Source: Penicillus capitatus | Taxonomy: Eukaryota; Plantae; Chlorophyta | Direction: 5' to 3' | DNA: 64,000 bases | Assembly: GCA_965649825.1 (NCBI GenBank) | Contig: OZ287696.1 | Location: 165,001 to 229,000, forward strand | Part shown: in pieces, positions 1 to 14,586 of the stretch | Layout of the letters: each line of letters starts with the position of its first letter | How positions within the stretch are numbered: the stretch's first letter is position 1 | The notes under the pieces: generated by a model | What the model saw: the letters and a program-made list of their open reading frames with translations, nothing else | What the model was told of the DNA's origin: nothing | Databases searched by the model: none | Program-made: the position numbers and the translations under genes

Positions 1-3000
1 TGAGTAGCAGCTCGGCGCAATACCATCTGGACCTTCACAAGACGACGGAAGAGATCGGACTTCGTACGGATGTTGACAAGAAGCTTCTTGACGATGAGCG
101 GCGCCGAGATCTGACATACGGCCACGGACGGCATGCCATCTCGTGTTCCTTTCATGAAGGACGCCACCAGTCCCAACAGAGAAGTCGAGAGAGCCTAGAT
201 CGCCATCCTGAGTCTTAAGTCACTGAATGCGTTCTCTGCGGACCTCTCTCTTGAACTCGAGCCGAATGGTGAAATAGCCGTTCCGCGGTGTGTGGATGGA
301 AGCAGCTGCAGCAATGTCTTCGCGGCAGGCCAGCAGCTCATTCACGAACTTCTGCACAGACCAGTGGGATGAATGAGCCTTCAGGAATCGCCAAAGGACA
401 GTCGCCCACCTCTATGGTATCTGTCATGTGCGGAATCTCTTGTTCGCTGAACGGCGCGATCGTACCTTCCGTTTCGTCCGTTCCTTTTCCCACGACGAAC
501 TCGAGCCTGTGCTTCTCGGGTTGCAGCGGAAGGTAAAGCTTATCGAAGAAGAACTCCTTGGTTAACTGCCCGCACCACACACTCCTGCGGAAGTTGTCGG
601 CAGATTCGGGGTTCTTACGATCTCATTGACGCCTTCCGTATAGGCCGCGAGGCCCTGACGGATGAATGAAGATTCGAGCTCCACGTCAGAAGCGATGCGA
701 TTCGCATCCTGTGTCCCGGCTTCGGACAAGCCGAGCCGTCCACTGTCGTGCACTGAAATGCCGTTCCCTGCTGCCGTTTGCAAAAAGGAGTGGCAGCCGC
801 CGAGAACGCGGCAGTACTGTTCCCACCGTTTCAGATCTCCTTGAGACGCGTCGCCGCAAAATGACAACGCAACCTACCGACCACACATCTTGACATGCAC
901 TGGACAACATGACGGCCTCGCACATCTTCGCCATCCACGCACAGTTGAAGCATAGGCAAGTAGCTCTGCGCCATTTTGAGCGATGCAAACGTTATCTCCG
1001 AGAAGAGTGAGAACATAAGATTCCGCAGATGCTGAAGGAGTTCTGGATTCGAACGCAGTGGACCTTCTGCCTCCTTGATCCACGACATCGCTGCCTCTCT
1101 GCAGGCAGCGCCTTCCGTGTCAGTCACATCACGAAACAGCATTCACCTGTCTCGATGGGAGGATGAGACATCACGGCATGTGGCCTCTAGGTTGGATAGC
1201 GTGACATCGACCATGGTCACTGCGGGTCCTTCCGGATCATCCAGTCGATGAAAACCCTGTCTCTTCAGCGCCTCCCATTCCTCCAGCCAGAATCGTCCTT
1301 CCTGCAAACTTAACTGTCATTGATCTGCGAGAAAGCAACGAGGTAACCGTATATAGCTGCCGTCTTTCTTGCTCGGAGCGATGATTGAAGCCTCTCAGAG
1401 CATGGTGCAGCCAATGTGTGAGACGTTCAGCTCTCAGGTGCCGTGCATACAATGGAATGAGACGATACTCTTTCTTTTCCAACACTAGTGCCAGTGCACA
1501 CTCCAACACTTCGTCCAATGTCGCCAGTTCTCTAAATGCCATGGTCGTGACAATCGATTGATCAAGAGGATGGGAGGAGATACGAGGGCGCCATGTCTCG
1601 TTTGCTGAGATGCCCACAATTTACGAGGAAGACAAGAAGATTGGCGATCGTCGTGAGCCACATCTGTTGGTACTTGGCAACGTTCGAGTGAGATCTCTGA
1701 ATCTCCTGGACGAGGGAGTGTATGGGAGTCCTCAGTTTGGTGAGCACGTGCGCCTGTGTTCTCAGAATGAGAGACATCTGCACGTTCCTGAAAAATTCTT
1801 GAAAGGGATGTCGCATCTGATGGGCTGCGGAAGCTGCCAAGAAGGTCTGTTCAAGATCCGTATCATCGGATCCCGAGAACGGATCCTGTCCTTCAAGGAC
1901 CTCTGCCCCCTGTCGATAGATCTGCTGATGCTCTCTCGACGTCAGTGCACTCTCCAACTGCATCAAATCCTGCATAACGGTTAAAAAACGTACATGATTG
2001 AAAAGTGCCACTTGAGTGAGATGATCATCGTGATGCAGTCCTTGATGGAGTAGCTGTCGCAAACGGCCATGAATTCCAACAAAGATACTGGAATGCCAGC
2101 TGGAAGGACACGACAGATTCTCCTTTCTCTTTCTTCCACTCATCAAACAGTAAAACGCATGTTCATTTCTCTTCCCTACAGAACAGTCATCACGTGTAAG
2201 ATGTGACAGGTGACGAGATTTCGAAGACCATTACGAGCAGCTGTGTCTGCTCTGACAGCACAGATCCAGTTCTGTAGTACGGCTCGGGTACTGCTGCCAA
2301 AGTGTTTTTCATTGCTTTCTGCCACATCCATCCATGTCTCAATCGGTAAGCCATTGTCGTTGCGTTGTCTTTTAGTAGATGATCGTACGCCTCTCTCATC
2401 CATTCGGGACGATCGGACATCTGCTGGTGGATCTCCCAGACAGTGACGATAGAAATCCCGTCCTTCGAGGAATGAGAGATTTAGGGGAGGGACAAAACTC
2501 GAATATAGTGGCGCTGCGTAGTGGCTGACGCGAGAAGAAATGAACAGATCTCCCGCCGCTGATCCCAGTCCTATCTCACACATTGCGCTTCAGTCTCACT
2601 CATTTGGAGCTAGATGCCATCCCTTACCTGCAGCGGCGTACTTAAGGCACCGTTCGAACATCGGTTCGTGATCAGGTATCCCAAAGTTGTCTCCTTGTAC
2701 GAACGAACCCGTCACATCTATCACAGAATCGTGAGAACTGACGGGCCGCGGAGGACGGCCCTCTTCTTCGATATACAGATCCTTCCTGAGCTCCAATTGC
2801 AGCCAGCTCATCGCCCGGATCAGATGTTCAGCCTCAGGCGACGGTGGCAGCCAGGGTGTCAAACTGGACGATGGGCCTGACGTTTCTGTGGCCGTTGCAT
2901 CGCGTCGTCCGAACGGCGAGAAAGTAACATCGAACAATGCCTCCACCAGGAGCCAAGTCGACGTCGTTTCCAACTGCAGAGCTTCGAGGACACCGTCACG

Positions 3001-3192
3001 GTCGTGTCTATTCAGCGACGGTGTAGATCTCGTCGTCGCGCGATGTTGTGAAGTGCTCGGGGCAACCACACTGAACGCCTGAGTGGCGAAATGGGCTGCT
3101 GGAGGGATAATGGCGTCACGGAGGGAGAGTCCATTGAGAAAGTGTTGCCGCAGTGCGTCGGTAAAGAGCAACGTTGACGGTACGTCCTCCAT
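1..3192 (-). CDS. Probable nucleoporin Nup107/Nup84-like protein, multi-exon; 3' end runs off the window
   Basis: A chain of minus-strand ORF segments (2596-3390, 2176-2583, 1562-2146, 1237-1617, 831-1142, 562-867, 338-580) is separated by short introns. Segments such as LETTSTWLLVEAL, RAMSWLQ and YRLIPLYARHL resemble Nup107-family motifs. ATG of MEDVPSTLL is at 3192. The family assignment is by eye and tentative. Confidence 0.45.
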
Positions 3193-3316
3193 GGCACAAG
3201 GCGAACAGGCGTTCTGAGATGGAACGAAATTCAACTGTTCCGCTAGTCGATGACTGCTTGAACGTGATTCGCGACAGAAAACGAACAAACAAACAAACAA
3301 ACTGTACGAACGAACC

Positions 3317-4461
3317 ATGCAGGAGCGACGGCTAAAGGAGCGCATGGCCACGGCAATGTCCGGGGCACTGTCGGGAGGATTGGTCAGCATCTGTGTGCAG
3401 GTAAGGAGTCACTTCACTCATTGAGTGATCCCTGACGGTATGTAGCCTCTAGACGTGATTCGAACACGGATGCAAGGGGATGGAGCCAAGGGACAGATTC
3501 GGTGCGAAACGCTCAGTGCTTTGACGTAAGAAGCAATGAGAGAGTGGTGTAGAGGGGCTTGGCCGACAATTCAGCGGATCTATGGCGAGAATGGAGCCGT
3601 GGGGTTTTGGAGAGGGACAGGACCAACTGTGCTGCGAATGACGGTGGGGGTGGGATTGCATTTTACCTGCCTCGAAGTGCTCAAGACGCTTTTACATGCC
3701 ACACAGAAGAACAAGAGCGATTGGCTGAAAGATGCCACGATTGGCGGTCGCTTCTCGCTGACTTCTGTATCACAAATGATGTGACGTGATAGGACTGTCC
3801 AGAGGCGCAGTGACGATCATCCTCTGCCCAGTCACGGTGATAAAGACTCGAATGGAGTACGTCGATCCGTCATACACGTCAACTTTGCATGCCGCTCTGA
3901 CAATCGCCAAGAAGGAAGGGATGAGGGGACTCTTCAAGTGAGTGGCGTGTCTCTATGTTTGTGTGAGAAAGTGTGGCAGAGGTGTGGTGCCCACCTTCGC
4001 TGCCAATGCCCCTTTCTCAGCACTACATTACATGGTCTATCGTAAGATGCAGTCGATCATGCACCGAGAGGGTGATGTGACGACCACCTTCGGTAACTTC
4101 GTGTGCTCTGGTGTTGCTGCAGCGACAGCCACGCTGATCACTCAACCTGCCGATGTGGTCTGCCCATCTCTGTCACATGTCCCCTGCTGTCACATCGAAT
4201 GCAGGTCCGGACTCGGATCCAGCTCGGAATGGGAACGGCCGGTGCACTCTCCTCGATCGCGACGCTCAGACAAGTGTTGGTCACCCAAGGCGTCTTGGGC
4301 ATCACAATGGGTCCACATCGCTACCGTTTCTCTGCTGCTTCTGATGCAAGGGCGTGAGATTAGGTGTGGCACCGAGGATGATGAAGCGGATATTGCAGAC
4401 AGCATTGATATGGACATTGTACGAAGAAATCGCACCAAGGATGCGCCGAAGCATGGAGTGA
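3317..4461 (+). CDS. SLC25A38: Mitochondrial carrier, SLC25A38/Hem25-like (glycine carrier family), multi-exon
   Basis: Carrier repeats after removing short GT-AG introns: GFWRGTGPTVLRMTVGVGLHF, CPVTVIKTRME, EGMRGLF.GVVPTFAANAPFSALHYMVY, TQPADVVRTRIQ. It ends TLYEEIAPRMRRSME-TGA at 4461. Confidence 0.85.
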
Positions 4462-4489
4462 TGAGTCCCAGTTCACAACGACATCGCAT

Positions 4490-5563
4490 TCAGAACGAAG
4501 CAACGGTATTTCGATCGTGTTCCCATGCTAGATGTGCGGCCATGGTGAGAAGAGATCTTGCATCTCGGTCTTCTTCGGCTTCTCTTGGAAACGACACTCG
4601 CAGAACATTGTTCTTTGAATGGATCGTGTCATAAGAGATGTAGAATCCCAGGCAATCGATCCAGGATAGCTGAGCATATGTCATCTGTCATACGGCTCTG
4701 TCTCAGACCTGCATCTTCGTGGTTAGGTCTTACCTCGATGAGAGGAATGCCTGTCTGTTGCTTGCAGATGCGATAGATATCTTCCATTCTTTCTCTAAAA
4801 GAGTGCGATTCCGGATGACAGGGAGGTCGACAAGAGTGAGATCAGTACGTGTTCCATTGATGAATGATCTCTGGTGCTTCGAGGCGGAGGGGATCGGGCG
4901 AACTCTGCATGAAATCTGTGCCGCTGACCTCTTCTGCTCGTTTTCCGTCTAATCCACCCACATAGAACACCTATTCAACGCATTTCTCACACTTTCTCAC
5001 TCCTTTTGATGTGACTTTATTGATGCAGAGCCGTCCAAATTGATCTTCATCTCGAAGACGGTCAATACCACGTGCCTCTGGATGGAATTCATCGTAATGT
5101 CCGCGAGCACGATCCAATTCCTTTTCCCCCACAAACTCCACAGATCCTGACATCACACATTCTCACTTTTCTCTCAGCTTCCCATCTCACACCCAACAAT
5201 GTCACTCGTGCCAGTCTCCTTGCTGGCTCTTGTGGGGCTTGAACAAACAGGCTGCACTTAGGGCATCTCTCCAGATTCCGCTTGTGCACGGCATCAGCCC
5301 TCAGTCGCATCAACGGCATTCCCTGGGTACCACCACTTCACAAAATCTTGCCTCCTTATGTTAAGCCATTTTCTTACTTCTGAGTCAAGGACGTAGGCGA
5401 CATAGGTGCCAAGGGGAGTGCCGTCTTGTGTTAGGGTCGAAAGTGTTCCATGGTGGACAGTACTGACAACGGTCTTGGCCGTTTCACCGATAGAAGGCGT
5501 AGCGAACTTACGCACACGAGTGCATGGTCTAGCGTGTGTCGGCAGCACTGTCAACGCACGCAT
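4490..5563 (-). CDS. Glutamyl-tRNA reductase-binding protein (GBP/PGR7)-like; PNPOx-like split barrel plus DUF2470-type C-terminus, likely plastid
   Basis: It has a transit-peptide-like start (MRALTVLPTHARPCTR), then HGTLSTLTQDGTPLGTYV and CSLFVQAP. The C-terminal WIDCLGF...RVSFPREAEEDRDARSLLTMAAHLAWEHDR resembles the plant GluTRBP C-terminus. The start codon is inferred. Confidence 0.7.
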
Positions 5564-5625
5564 CTCCGCTGGAGTGTCGTACAACGCCTCACTCGTCGAT
5601 CTTGATCTTCTACTTCTGTCCGGAG

Positions 5626-5626
<1 letters not shown>
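5563..5626. promoter_or_regulatory. Putative bidirectional promoter between GluTRBP-like and ZEP
   Basis: Inferred divergent ATGs at 5563 (minus) and 5626 (plus) are separated by only 62 bp. Confidence 0.4.
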
Positions 5627-8159
<2,533 letters not shown>

Positions 8160-8343
8160 TGCCACGGAGATCGTGGAATGGTGGGAAGAGAATTTCGCCG
8201 TCCGTATTTTTCCGTTCCTCTTATGCAACGCCTACGGTTTTCTGTCGTCGCCGTTTTCTTTAGAAAACGGAGAGCGTGGTTGCGTATGGGAGGGAACATT
8301 CAATTGGATCATTGCCAGAAACACTCTGGTGTAAATCATTGTT

Positions 8344-10452
8344 TCAGGGGAAACTCCCATTTTCAATGTGAGAGATCAGCATCGAGACAGAAGCTGTCAG
8401 CAACGGACAGCGATTGGCATCTTGGATGACGATCACCCGGATGTCTCCCGGGACACGCGAACCTTCGTCCGTGCACTCCACCCGAACAGTAGAACGATAC
8501 ACCGGACCTGAGATGAGCCAGGGAAGCTTCAGATGTTTCTTTTCCAGGCAATAGAGTGCCGCATCAGCCGATAGACAGAGGGCCACGTTTTGCAAAACGG
8601 CGGCCTCTTTCTGATTTGTGAGCTCAAATTGCAGCCGGAACCTTCAACAGATCATGTCAACGGTGGCAGTTAGATGGTGCGTTAGGGGAGACATGGGGCC
8701 CAGGCCCTGGATCTCGGCATGGAGCTGCAGTTGGTGCTCCCTGTTCTCAGCAAATGGCCCTTCGCCATCCTTCAACAGCTTCGTGTAGGTTTTGATCGTT
8801 TCCAACCGAAGAGAGTGAAGCTGCTGCTGAAGAGAGAGATGCTGATCGCAGCGTGTATCGTGTTGGATCGTGTGGGAACGCTGTTCGATCTCTGACAGTC
8901 GATCTTTGTCCGAGGCTTCCGTGAAGTGTATGCCCTCCACAGCAAAGTGCCTGTTTAGAATCTAGGAATGCTCACTCTTTTGAGTTGAGACTAAAAAGAG
9001 TGAGAAAAGCGACTTTGATGTCGATGGCGCCGTTCTTGAAGACCGTTGCCAGGACACAGTCTTCTGTACCGTATCGTCCAAAGGCCACGCCAGAGATGCA
9101 CGATGGCATGCAGAAACGGTAAAGGAGGCGATGTTCGTGGTAGATAGACATCTGGCCATTCCGCAGCGCCACTGAAGAAACGTCACATCATCTCACACAC
9201 GACAGGGCCTACCTAGCAAACAATTTACTGCTGCAGCCGGTATGTACATGGAGACAAGCGAGTGCACGGCACTCTCCATCTCCACAGAACCATTCTTTCG
9301 ACCATCTGGCCCATAGCAATGTATCGTATGAGGAAGACATGCAACCCAGAGCTTTGTCCCCACCATCACCATATCACAGCAAGGCGTCAACAACTGCTGG
9401 ATGGTTGTGGGATGTGAATGACTGTCTACACAGCAGTCACATCAAGTCACAGCAAACGATGTGACGGTTTGCCTCTGAGACACTGGATCAGACCGTCTCT
9501 GGTGCACGAGATGACGGATTGTGGTTGACAGGAGCAGAGATGAGCAAGGGGCTTTCCGATGAGGACTCGGAAAGACTCTTTGGTTCCGGTGGAATCCATC
9601 CACACCACAAAACCCAATTCTGTCCCTGCAGAGATAGCTCCATAGCAAAATGCGCCCCTCTCAAGAACGCACAGACCCAAAACGAGCTGGCCTTGTAAAC
9701 TGGTCTCGCTGTGGAGGACAGCGAGACATGTGATGACATCCCGACGGCAGAAATTCTGGATGTCGGTACGAAAGTTGGCCAAATGCTCTTCGAGCACAGC
9801 CAGTTGGTGTGACCGCTCCTTCTGGATCAGCACCTCGCGCGAAGCGGATGTCAACGGCCGATCTGCTTGACGGATCTCCTGCAGTCTCGTTATCCCTTGC
9901 TCGACGGCAAGACCCCCTGTACATTACACAGATGCCGCATATATGATGACCAAAGCTCCCATCTATGCCTTGTTTCATGCTCGACCAGATCTCTGCCTCT
10001 TCGTCATTAAAAGGCTCCTCCTGATGCACTGGCCCTTGCAACTCAAATCGATAGTGTGGCTGCATCTCTACAATGTAGGAAAGGTCATCTGCATATCCTG
10101 CCCCGCCTTTCTTGCCTTTGAAGTAATACAACAACTCGCCACCCGCGACAGCGATGATGCCCTGCCCGAGATCGGCCAATGCTGTGCTGTTGGATCGAAC
10201 AACGATTTCCCTTTCCATTTCCGTTCCGCTGAAGATTCTGAGTGCCCTCGTGACGGTCTGCGTGCCCCCTCCTTGCGAAGCAGAGCCTGCTTTTGCACCT
10301 CTATGCGTGTGAAGGGCGATGCATCTGTTTTGACGGTCATTCATGGGATCGGCCATCAGCAGATGATGTTTATTGTTAAGAAGGCACAGGTCACAGAACG
10401 TATCACGGAACACATCGATCCATACGGTTTGCTGCTTGACGAGCGCTTCCAT
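8344..10452 (-). CDS. BBS1: Bardet-Biedl syndrome 1 (BBSome subunit), multi-exon
   Basis: The N-terminus has W(I)D.F.D, LRIFSG, IIAVAGG.LLYYFK and PHYRFEL. Later segments are ALVFGRYGTEDCVLATVFKNGAIDIK, RSEQIEQR and DIRVIVIQDANRCPLLTASVSM, all typical of BBS1. Confidence 0.8.
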
Positions 10453-10867
10453 ATCTGACCAGTCAACGGGTCAAAACATGCAAAGCCACTCATTGGTTGA
10501 ATATCAGCCATAATGAATTTGTTAATGACGCTATCTGAAAGACAAATGTCAACAACAAGACTCAGTATCCCAGAATAGCCTGTCTAAACTCTTCGTAATC
10601 AATCATTCCGTTGCCGTCGCGATCCACCTCATCTGCAAGGCACGGGTGAAGGGGAGAAAGAACAAAGGGTAGTGGTGGTGGTCTTACCTAACACCTTTTC
10701 CAGATTCTCGACCACGCCGTAGCCCTTCAGGGCCTCTTTTAGCTCATCTCGTGTGATAAAGCCGGAGCCGTCGGTGTCGAAATGCTCGAAAGCTTGAATC
10801 AGATTCTCTTCTTTGGCGACGTTGGCGGCCGAAAGCGTCGCCGCCAGAAATTCGCTGTAGCTCACGG
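10161..10867. repeat. Copy 1 of a 707-bp direct duplication (BBS1 5' end/upstream region plus CDPK 3' end)
   Basis: Base-by-base comparison with 14295-15001 shows identity except for 4 substitutions (offset 4134). Confidence 0.97.
10562..10867 (-). pseudogene. Duplicated 3' fragment of CDPK (last EF hands, last intron and stop), lacking the kinase domain
   Basis: Encodes [10 protein letters not shown]...[21 protein letters not shown], an intron, then [18 protein letters not shown]. It is truncated at 10867, where insert sequence begins. Confidence 0.9.
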
Positions 10868-10869
10868 CG

Positions 10870-11900
10870 ACGGTAGCTCTTGTTCGCGTCGTCCTTCTTG
10901 CTCCCACTGGGCATTGTATGGGATAGTTACCAACTCGTAGCCCCCGGGTACATTAACTCTCTGGACTGCCTTTCGGTTGTAGCGACCCGGTGCATTCAAA
11001 GGGCACTGGGCAAACAAGTGCCCTGGCTGATTGCGTCTGAAACATCTTCTTTCCTCTTGTTGTCCGTACTGCCGTCCCTGCTGTGGGTTTTGTCTAACGT
11101 CCCTTATGACAGGTTGAACTCTCGCTGTATGCGGTGCTACCCTGGGAGTTGTTCTGTTCTCCGGAGGTGCTGTCCACTTGCAGAAATTCTTCCACTTTTG
11201 AGCACTGTATCCACCTTCACTTCATCGAGATTGAGATCCTGCAGGCCTTGCAGAAATTCTCGAGAAAAATGTTGTTTCAACACTCTCAGAAATCTTGCGT
11301 CCGAAATCTTGGGCGTCAGAGTCTTCCACTACCCGACAAGTCTGTCAACGAAGTCTTGGAGTCTTTCTTCTTGATATCGACGAACTTGCGTCAGTTCCTC
11401 GTAACTTTCAATCGAGTCTTTTATCTTTTCGCTTTTCCGCTGTTCTCAAGCTTGGGTTTTCTCTCCAACCATCTCCGCAAGAATTGGTATGTGGCCCACA
11501 GTTTCAACACCAACCACACAGAGTTTTTGATGGCGCTCGGTACGGTACAGATCGTGTTGAATGCCGTGAAGGTCGACATAGACTTTGGCATAAGGTCTCC
11601 TTGATCCAAGTTATACCCCATCGGCCTACGATGTCAACTATGGGCTCATAGGATCCACGGAAAAGCAGACATAGACATTCTTTGAAGCAATGCCACGTCT
11701 CCGACGTAAATTCTGATTCCACATCGAAACTCCGCGGTCGCCTTTTCCCTACCTTTGCGGCCACAGCTTCCTCGACATTGTTGAGATATTCCGGCAGATT
11801 TTCAATCTCCTGCTCGTTCCGGTGTAGTGACTAGAGTATCTCCTTGTAGTTCATGTCGTTCGGCTTCATTTTCTGCTCAATGGTAGAATTCGTTCGCTTG
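10870..11900 (-). mobile_element. Decayed retroelement gag-like remnant
   Basis: Minus-strand frames broken by stops and frameshifts read IENLPEYLNNVEEAV..., ELTQVRRYQEERLQDFVDRL and a zinc knuckle with one Cys lost, CFR(R)NQPGHLFAQC (about 11001-11045). No pol domains are visible. Confidence 0.55.
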
Positions 11901-12299
11901 CGCCGCAGCTGCACCAACCACGAATAGAAACAGAGCTGCTAAGGCATATAGAGTGCGTCGCATCGTGGATTGACGTTCGAAACCATGTCGCGCTCGCGGT
12001 AAACACAAGTACTTGAACGCAACGATCTTACAAGCCATAGATCGTATAGTGCCCCCATTGTATACTGCGATGTAACAACGGTCAATTAACCCCCATTTTT
12101 AATGATGATGTGTGACGGAGAGACTTCTCACGTCACTCACGGCACCTGCCGCTTACGCCTGGCCATGATGCTCGGCACGCACTTGCTCCAGCTCTTCACG
12201 AAATCTGGCGATATTGTCAGCTTCATTTCCTATGACCGGCCTCATGACAATCACACTTCCTGATGTCAGCCCGCCCTACATTACATTTATCGCTCTCGT

Positions 12300-13900
12300 G
12301 CCATTCACTGTGGACATAGACGCACTTCTGCAACTGTAAGATGAAACATGCGAATCCGTGTGATGTCATTCTGCGGATGTACGCAAAAGAACGAGCATTC
12401 AAAGCCCCTCACTCGTCCGCCGAGTGCATAAATGTCTCCGAAGCAAACGGAGTGCAAAGGGGTTTCCTCGCGCACCAAGACACTGCCAAGGTATATCATC
12501 TTCCGTGCTTGAAGGTCAAGGAAGACGCAAAACAGAAGAACGCCAGCTTGCGGTCGATTGGCATCCGGAGAGGCCGCCACTCTGAAGAAGAAAGAGACTG
12601 TATCGATCGCATTCGGTCGGAGATCTTTGCAAAGCGAAGCCGGGAATGTGGAAGATGTCCATCGACGCACGTGCCGCAAAGTTCTCGCTGACCACTTGTT
12701 CGTTGAGAACGCGGACGGGGATTTGTGGCCTTGCTAGAGCATGTTGTTGCGGCACATATCCCTCGAGTACTGTCGGCGTAAGAAGCAATCCAATCTTCAG
12801 GTATTCGTTTTGCACGTATTCGTGCAAAGCTATATGCCCAAAACAGTACGAAGAGTAACTCAAAGGCGCCAAAGGGTCGTCGGATGGGACCACAGGATTA
12901 TCTAAAAACACACCTGAAGGTTTAGTAACTCTTGCAGAGGTTAAAAAACGTTACCAGCACGCAAACTAAAGTCTGGCGCATGCTGACGAACAAACAAGAT
13001 GCGACACCTCATCTCGGGAGGTTGGACACCTTCCAAATCACCGAATGTGCAGCGGAAATTAGATTGCTGCGCAAAATGACAATCCAAACGGACTCCCCTG
13101 TAAAAATGCAGTTCTCTTATTCGCGTCGTCAAAAGGTAGGAAGATACACTTACCATTCCCTTCCACGGAAGACAAGTCGGTCTGTCCAAAAAAACCGTCT
13201 GTACATTTGCGGTCTGAACCACAGCTGCAACACAGTCGCGATTCTGACTAAGGAATTGCATCTTCGATAAAAAGCTTACCACGAATCCGATCTCGTGCTC
13301 TCCCCGGAAGGTGCTAAAGCTCTCGCCTCGACTGAACAAGCATGCCTGTATACATATCTTGAATGAGTCTGGCGTTCTCCTTGTGAAAAACGTTGCTCCC
13401 CATTCGGCACCATGTCGCAGAAGAAACGATGGGCCCGCAGAAAAACTTCCTGGAGAAGAATCTCCAGCTTTAGATCGAATGCCCGAAACGAAATGATACC
13501 GTTGTCTTTTGGGAAGTTCACCGCCCAGCAGAATCGATACTGCTGTTGATTTCCTTGTATCTGAGAGGCCAGATGCCAAGAAACAATGATGTGATCAGGT
13601 CGTGTTCTGTGCAAACGTATCAACCTGTATTGAACAAAATGATCAGTAACGTTTAAAACGCGTTCGTCTTATGTCATGTGACTTACCAATCAAATCCAAG
13701 GAATCTTATCACTTGGGTGATGAAAACGTTGTACAGCACATCTTGCATGTTCGCGGCGGCAGATATCTAAACCAAAGGAGTGCTTAGGTCGATGAGCAAC
13801 AATACTACACGCATACATGAACTTCGCCAATGGATTCCTCAACCTGCACGCATTCGATTCTGAACGGAACACCATTCCAGTTTCCATCGACCGACGTCAC
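12300..13900 (-). other. Spliced-looking ORF fragments of unknown family inside the insert (possible gene or pseudogene)
   Basis: GTAAG donors and pyrimidine-rich AG acceptors join ...NVFITQVIRFLGFDW/LIRLHRTRPDHIIVSWHL... in phase. Later joins hit stops, and no family is recognised. Confidence 0.3.
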
Positions 13901-13992
13901 AATGTCTTCACGACATTACCCTTGCAACAGGCGTTTGACAAGAATTCTTACTGTGTGCAGCCATCAGGACTCCGAGTGGCAAGAGACGAAGA

Positions 13993-14113
13993 GCAGAGGG
14001 TTGGCTGAGGCACTGGGTGCGTCAGGAGAGCGGCAGAGGGTTGGCTGAGGCAGCTGGGTGCGTCAGGTGAGCGGCAGAGGGTTGGCTGAGGCGCTGTTTG
14101 CGTCAGGAGAGCG
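13993..14113. repeat. Tandem minisatellite, 3 x 40-41 bp
   Basis: The unit GCAGAGGGTTGGCTGAGGCA(G)CTGGGTGCGTCAGGAGAGCG occurs three times with few changes. Confidence 0.95.
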
Positions 14114-14294
14114 TCTGGCTGTAAAGACGGCAGTTCGCACAGAAAGAACGCAAATGTACGAACGATGATGCAGAACCGACGGATAAGAAGAGCAGGGCGT
14201 CGGCGATGTCCGAGCTACTGTCTGCAGGTTGTCGGCATCCGTTTGCAGGTAAGGAAACGGCATTCATCGAGTGAACCCTGACGACGTTGCGTAG

Positions 14295-14586
14295 CCTGCC
14301 CGAGATCGGCCAATGCTGTGCTGTTGGATCGAACAACGATTTCCCTTTCCATTTCCGTTCCGCTGAAGATTCTGAGTGCCCTCGTGACGGTCTGCGTGCC
14401 CCCTCCTTGCGAAGCAGAGCCTGCTTTTGCACCTCTATGCGTGTGAAGGGCGATGCATCTGTTTTGACGGTCATTCATGGGATCGGCCATCAGCAGATGA
14501 TGTTTATTGTTAAGAAGGCACAGGTCACAGAACGTATCACGGAACAAATCGATCCATACGGTTTGCTGCTTGACGAGCGCTTCCAT
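14295..14586 (-). pseudogene. Duplicated 5' fragment of BBS1, running into insert sequence
   Basis: MEALVKQQTVWIDLFRD...TALADLGQ matches the BBS1 start except for one V>L. It then continues into unrelated insert sequence (ORF 14215-14586). Confidence 0.9.

Noticed and set aside
13993-14113. CRISPR-like array
   Set aside because: The units are contiguous with no unique spacers, the context is eukaryotic, and there are no cas genes. The same applies to the 33.4-34.1 kb coding array.
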